NCBI RefSeq assembly: GCF_021028975.2
Contig: NC_059430.1
Coordinates: 107,942,001 to 108,006,000 of the forward strand
DNA: 64,000 bases
Origin: Sphaerodactylus townsendi
Lineage: Eukaryota
Direction of reading: 5' to 3'
The translations under genes were made by a program, and so were the position numbers. Below, piece by piece: positions 63,040-64,000 of this stretch (its first letter is position 1; each line of letters opens with the position of its first letter). The notes under the pieces are model-generated. The model saw nothing but the letters and a program-made list of their open reading frames with translations. It was not told the DNA's origin and searched no databases.

Positions 63040-63850
63040 GCAAGATTTTGCTATTTGTTCAGTTTACTAGTAAACTATTTGTTTACTATTTGTCCAGGAA
63101 ACCATAGTTTGTCCCTTAAAACTTTGGTTTTATTTACTGCTTAGTGACCTTCATGAGCCAGATCCGCAGCAGGGTTCCATAGAGAATGTCAGGCAACTAC
63201 CCACTTATCTCAGAGAAAGAGATTATTTTCAGTTATAGTAACTTCACTCCTAATATTAGCAAAAGGAAGGAAGATTTCTTGGGCCACAGAGGTCAAATAT
63301 TGTAGAGTATTTAGAAGATTGTCCCATCAGCCATTAGGGATAGTCTTGACAGTCATCTAGAATCATGAGTCAACATGCACAGCAGTCTCTATATCCTGAG
63401 GAGAAAGAGTTTTAAGGACAGCATCTGAAAGAAGAAAGTTGGCATGTGCTCCATGATTGTTGATGTGTCCTGAAAAATAGTCCACTGGATTGCCTTTAGC
63501 AGGTTGATAAATGACTCTGTAATCATTTCCTTGCAATATGAGCATCCATCATTCAATGATAACTGTTGGTTGAAAAGACAAATAGTTCTTAATTACTGTT
63601 TTCACAACAAAAGTCAAAAACAGTGAATCAACGCACACTAAAAGGAAAGCCTAAGGATTAGTACCGAAATTACAACAGCTGCCAGAAATTTAGCCACACA
63701 CAAAGTTATGTGTTTGTCTTTGTCTCTTAATAACAGAATCCAGACAATTATAACAGAGTTCAAATGCACCTTCCAAGAAAAGATTGCTTGAAACACAACT
63801 CCTAAATGAAAAGACAAATTGTTAAACATGGGTTGGAGTATTTTTGTAAA
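63040..63850 (-). mobile_element. Decayed Ty3/Gypsy pol fragment (RNase H end to integrase zinc-binding domain)
   Basis: LQPMFNN...IE*WMLILQGNDYRVIYQPAKGNPVDYFSGH...AADLAHEGH*AVNKTKVLRDKLWFPG; interrupted at 63584-63806. Confidence 0.88.
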
Positions 63851-64000
63851 ACTGACAGTGGAGGGGCACATGGTCTACTGTTTCCATGAGCCCAGATCCA
63901 TAGGGGCATTTTCTTTCCTCAAAAGGAGTCTTCCTGTATAGCCTTCCAGGACAGCAGAGGGGAAGGCTGGCCCGAAACCAGTGTAAAGGCTCTCCATTGT

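Overview
Vertebrate genomic DNA. The SINE/LINE/MITE repertoire (CORE-type tRNA SINEs, tRNA-Ala SINEs, 5S-derived SINEs, CR1, L2) points to a squamate, probably a gecko (inference). There are three N gaps. I recognise no intact cellular protein-coding gene. A CpG-island promoter (~42.7-43.5 kb) carries GC-box, NRF1-like, E2F, CHR-like, X-box-like and MYB motifs. It has a minus-strand splice donor at 42740, and scattered strong minus-strand splice sites to its left suggest a long spliced, probably non-coding transcript. The window is rich in ordinary transposons: one solo LTR with a 4-bp TSD, a Gypsy pol remnant, and many hAT, Harbinger and Tc1 MITEs with verifiable TSDs. The unusual signal lies in the 'unique' DNA between the repeats. 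After removing younger insertions, several stretches resolve into compact, intronless arrays of decayed 130-220-codon ORFs: 1.4-4.3 kb (+), 17.2-18.2 kb (+) and 44.5-47.1 kb (-). One block is duplicated at 33.8-34.3 kb. Two of these ORFs share motifs, and none resembles a standard transposon protein I know. Working hypothesis (unproven): these are fragments of an uncharacterised virus-like accessory-gene family, accumulated in a germline non-coding, piRNA-cluster-like locus.
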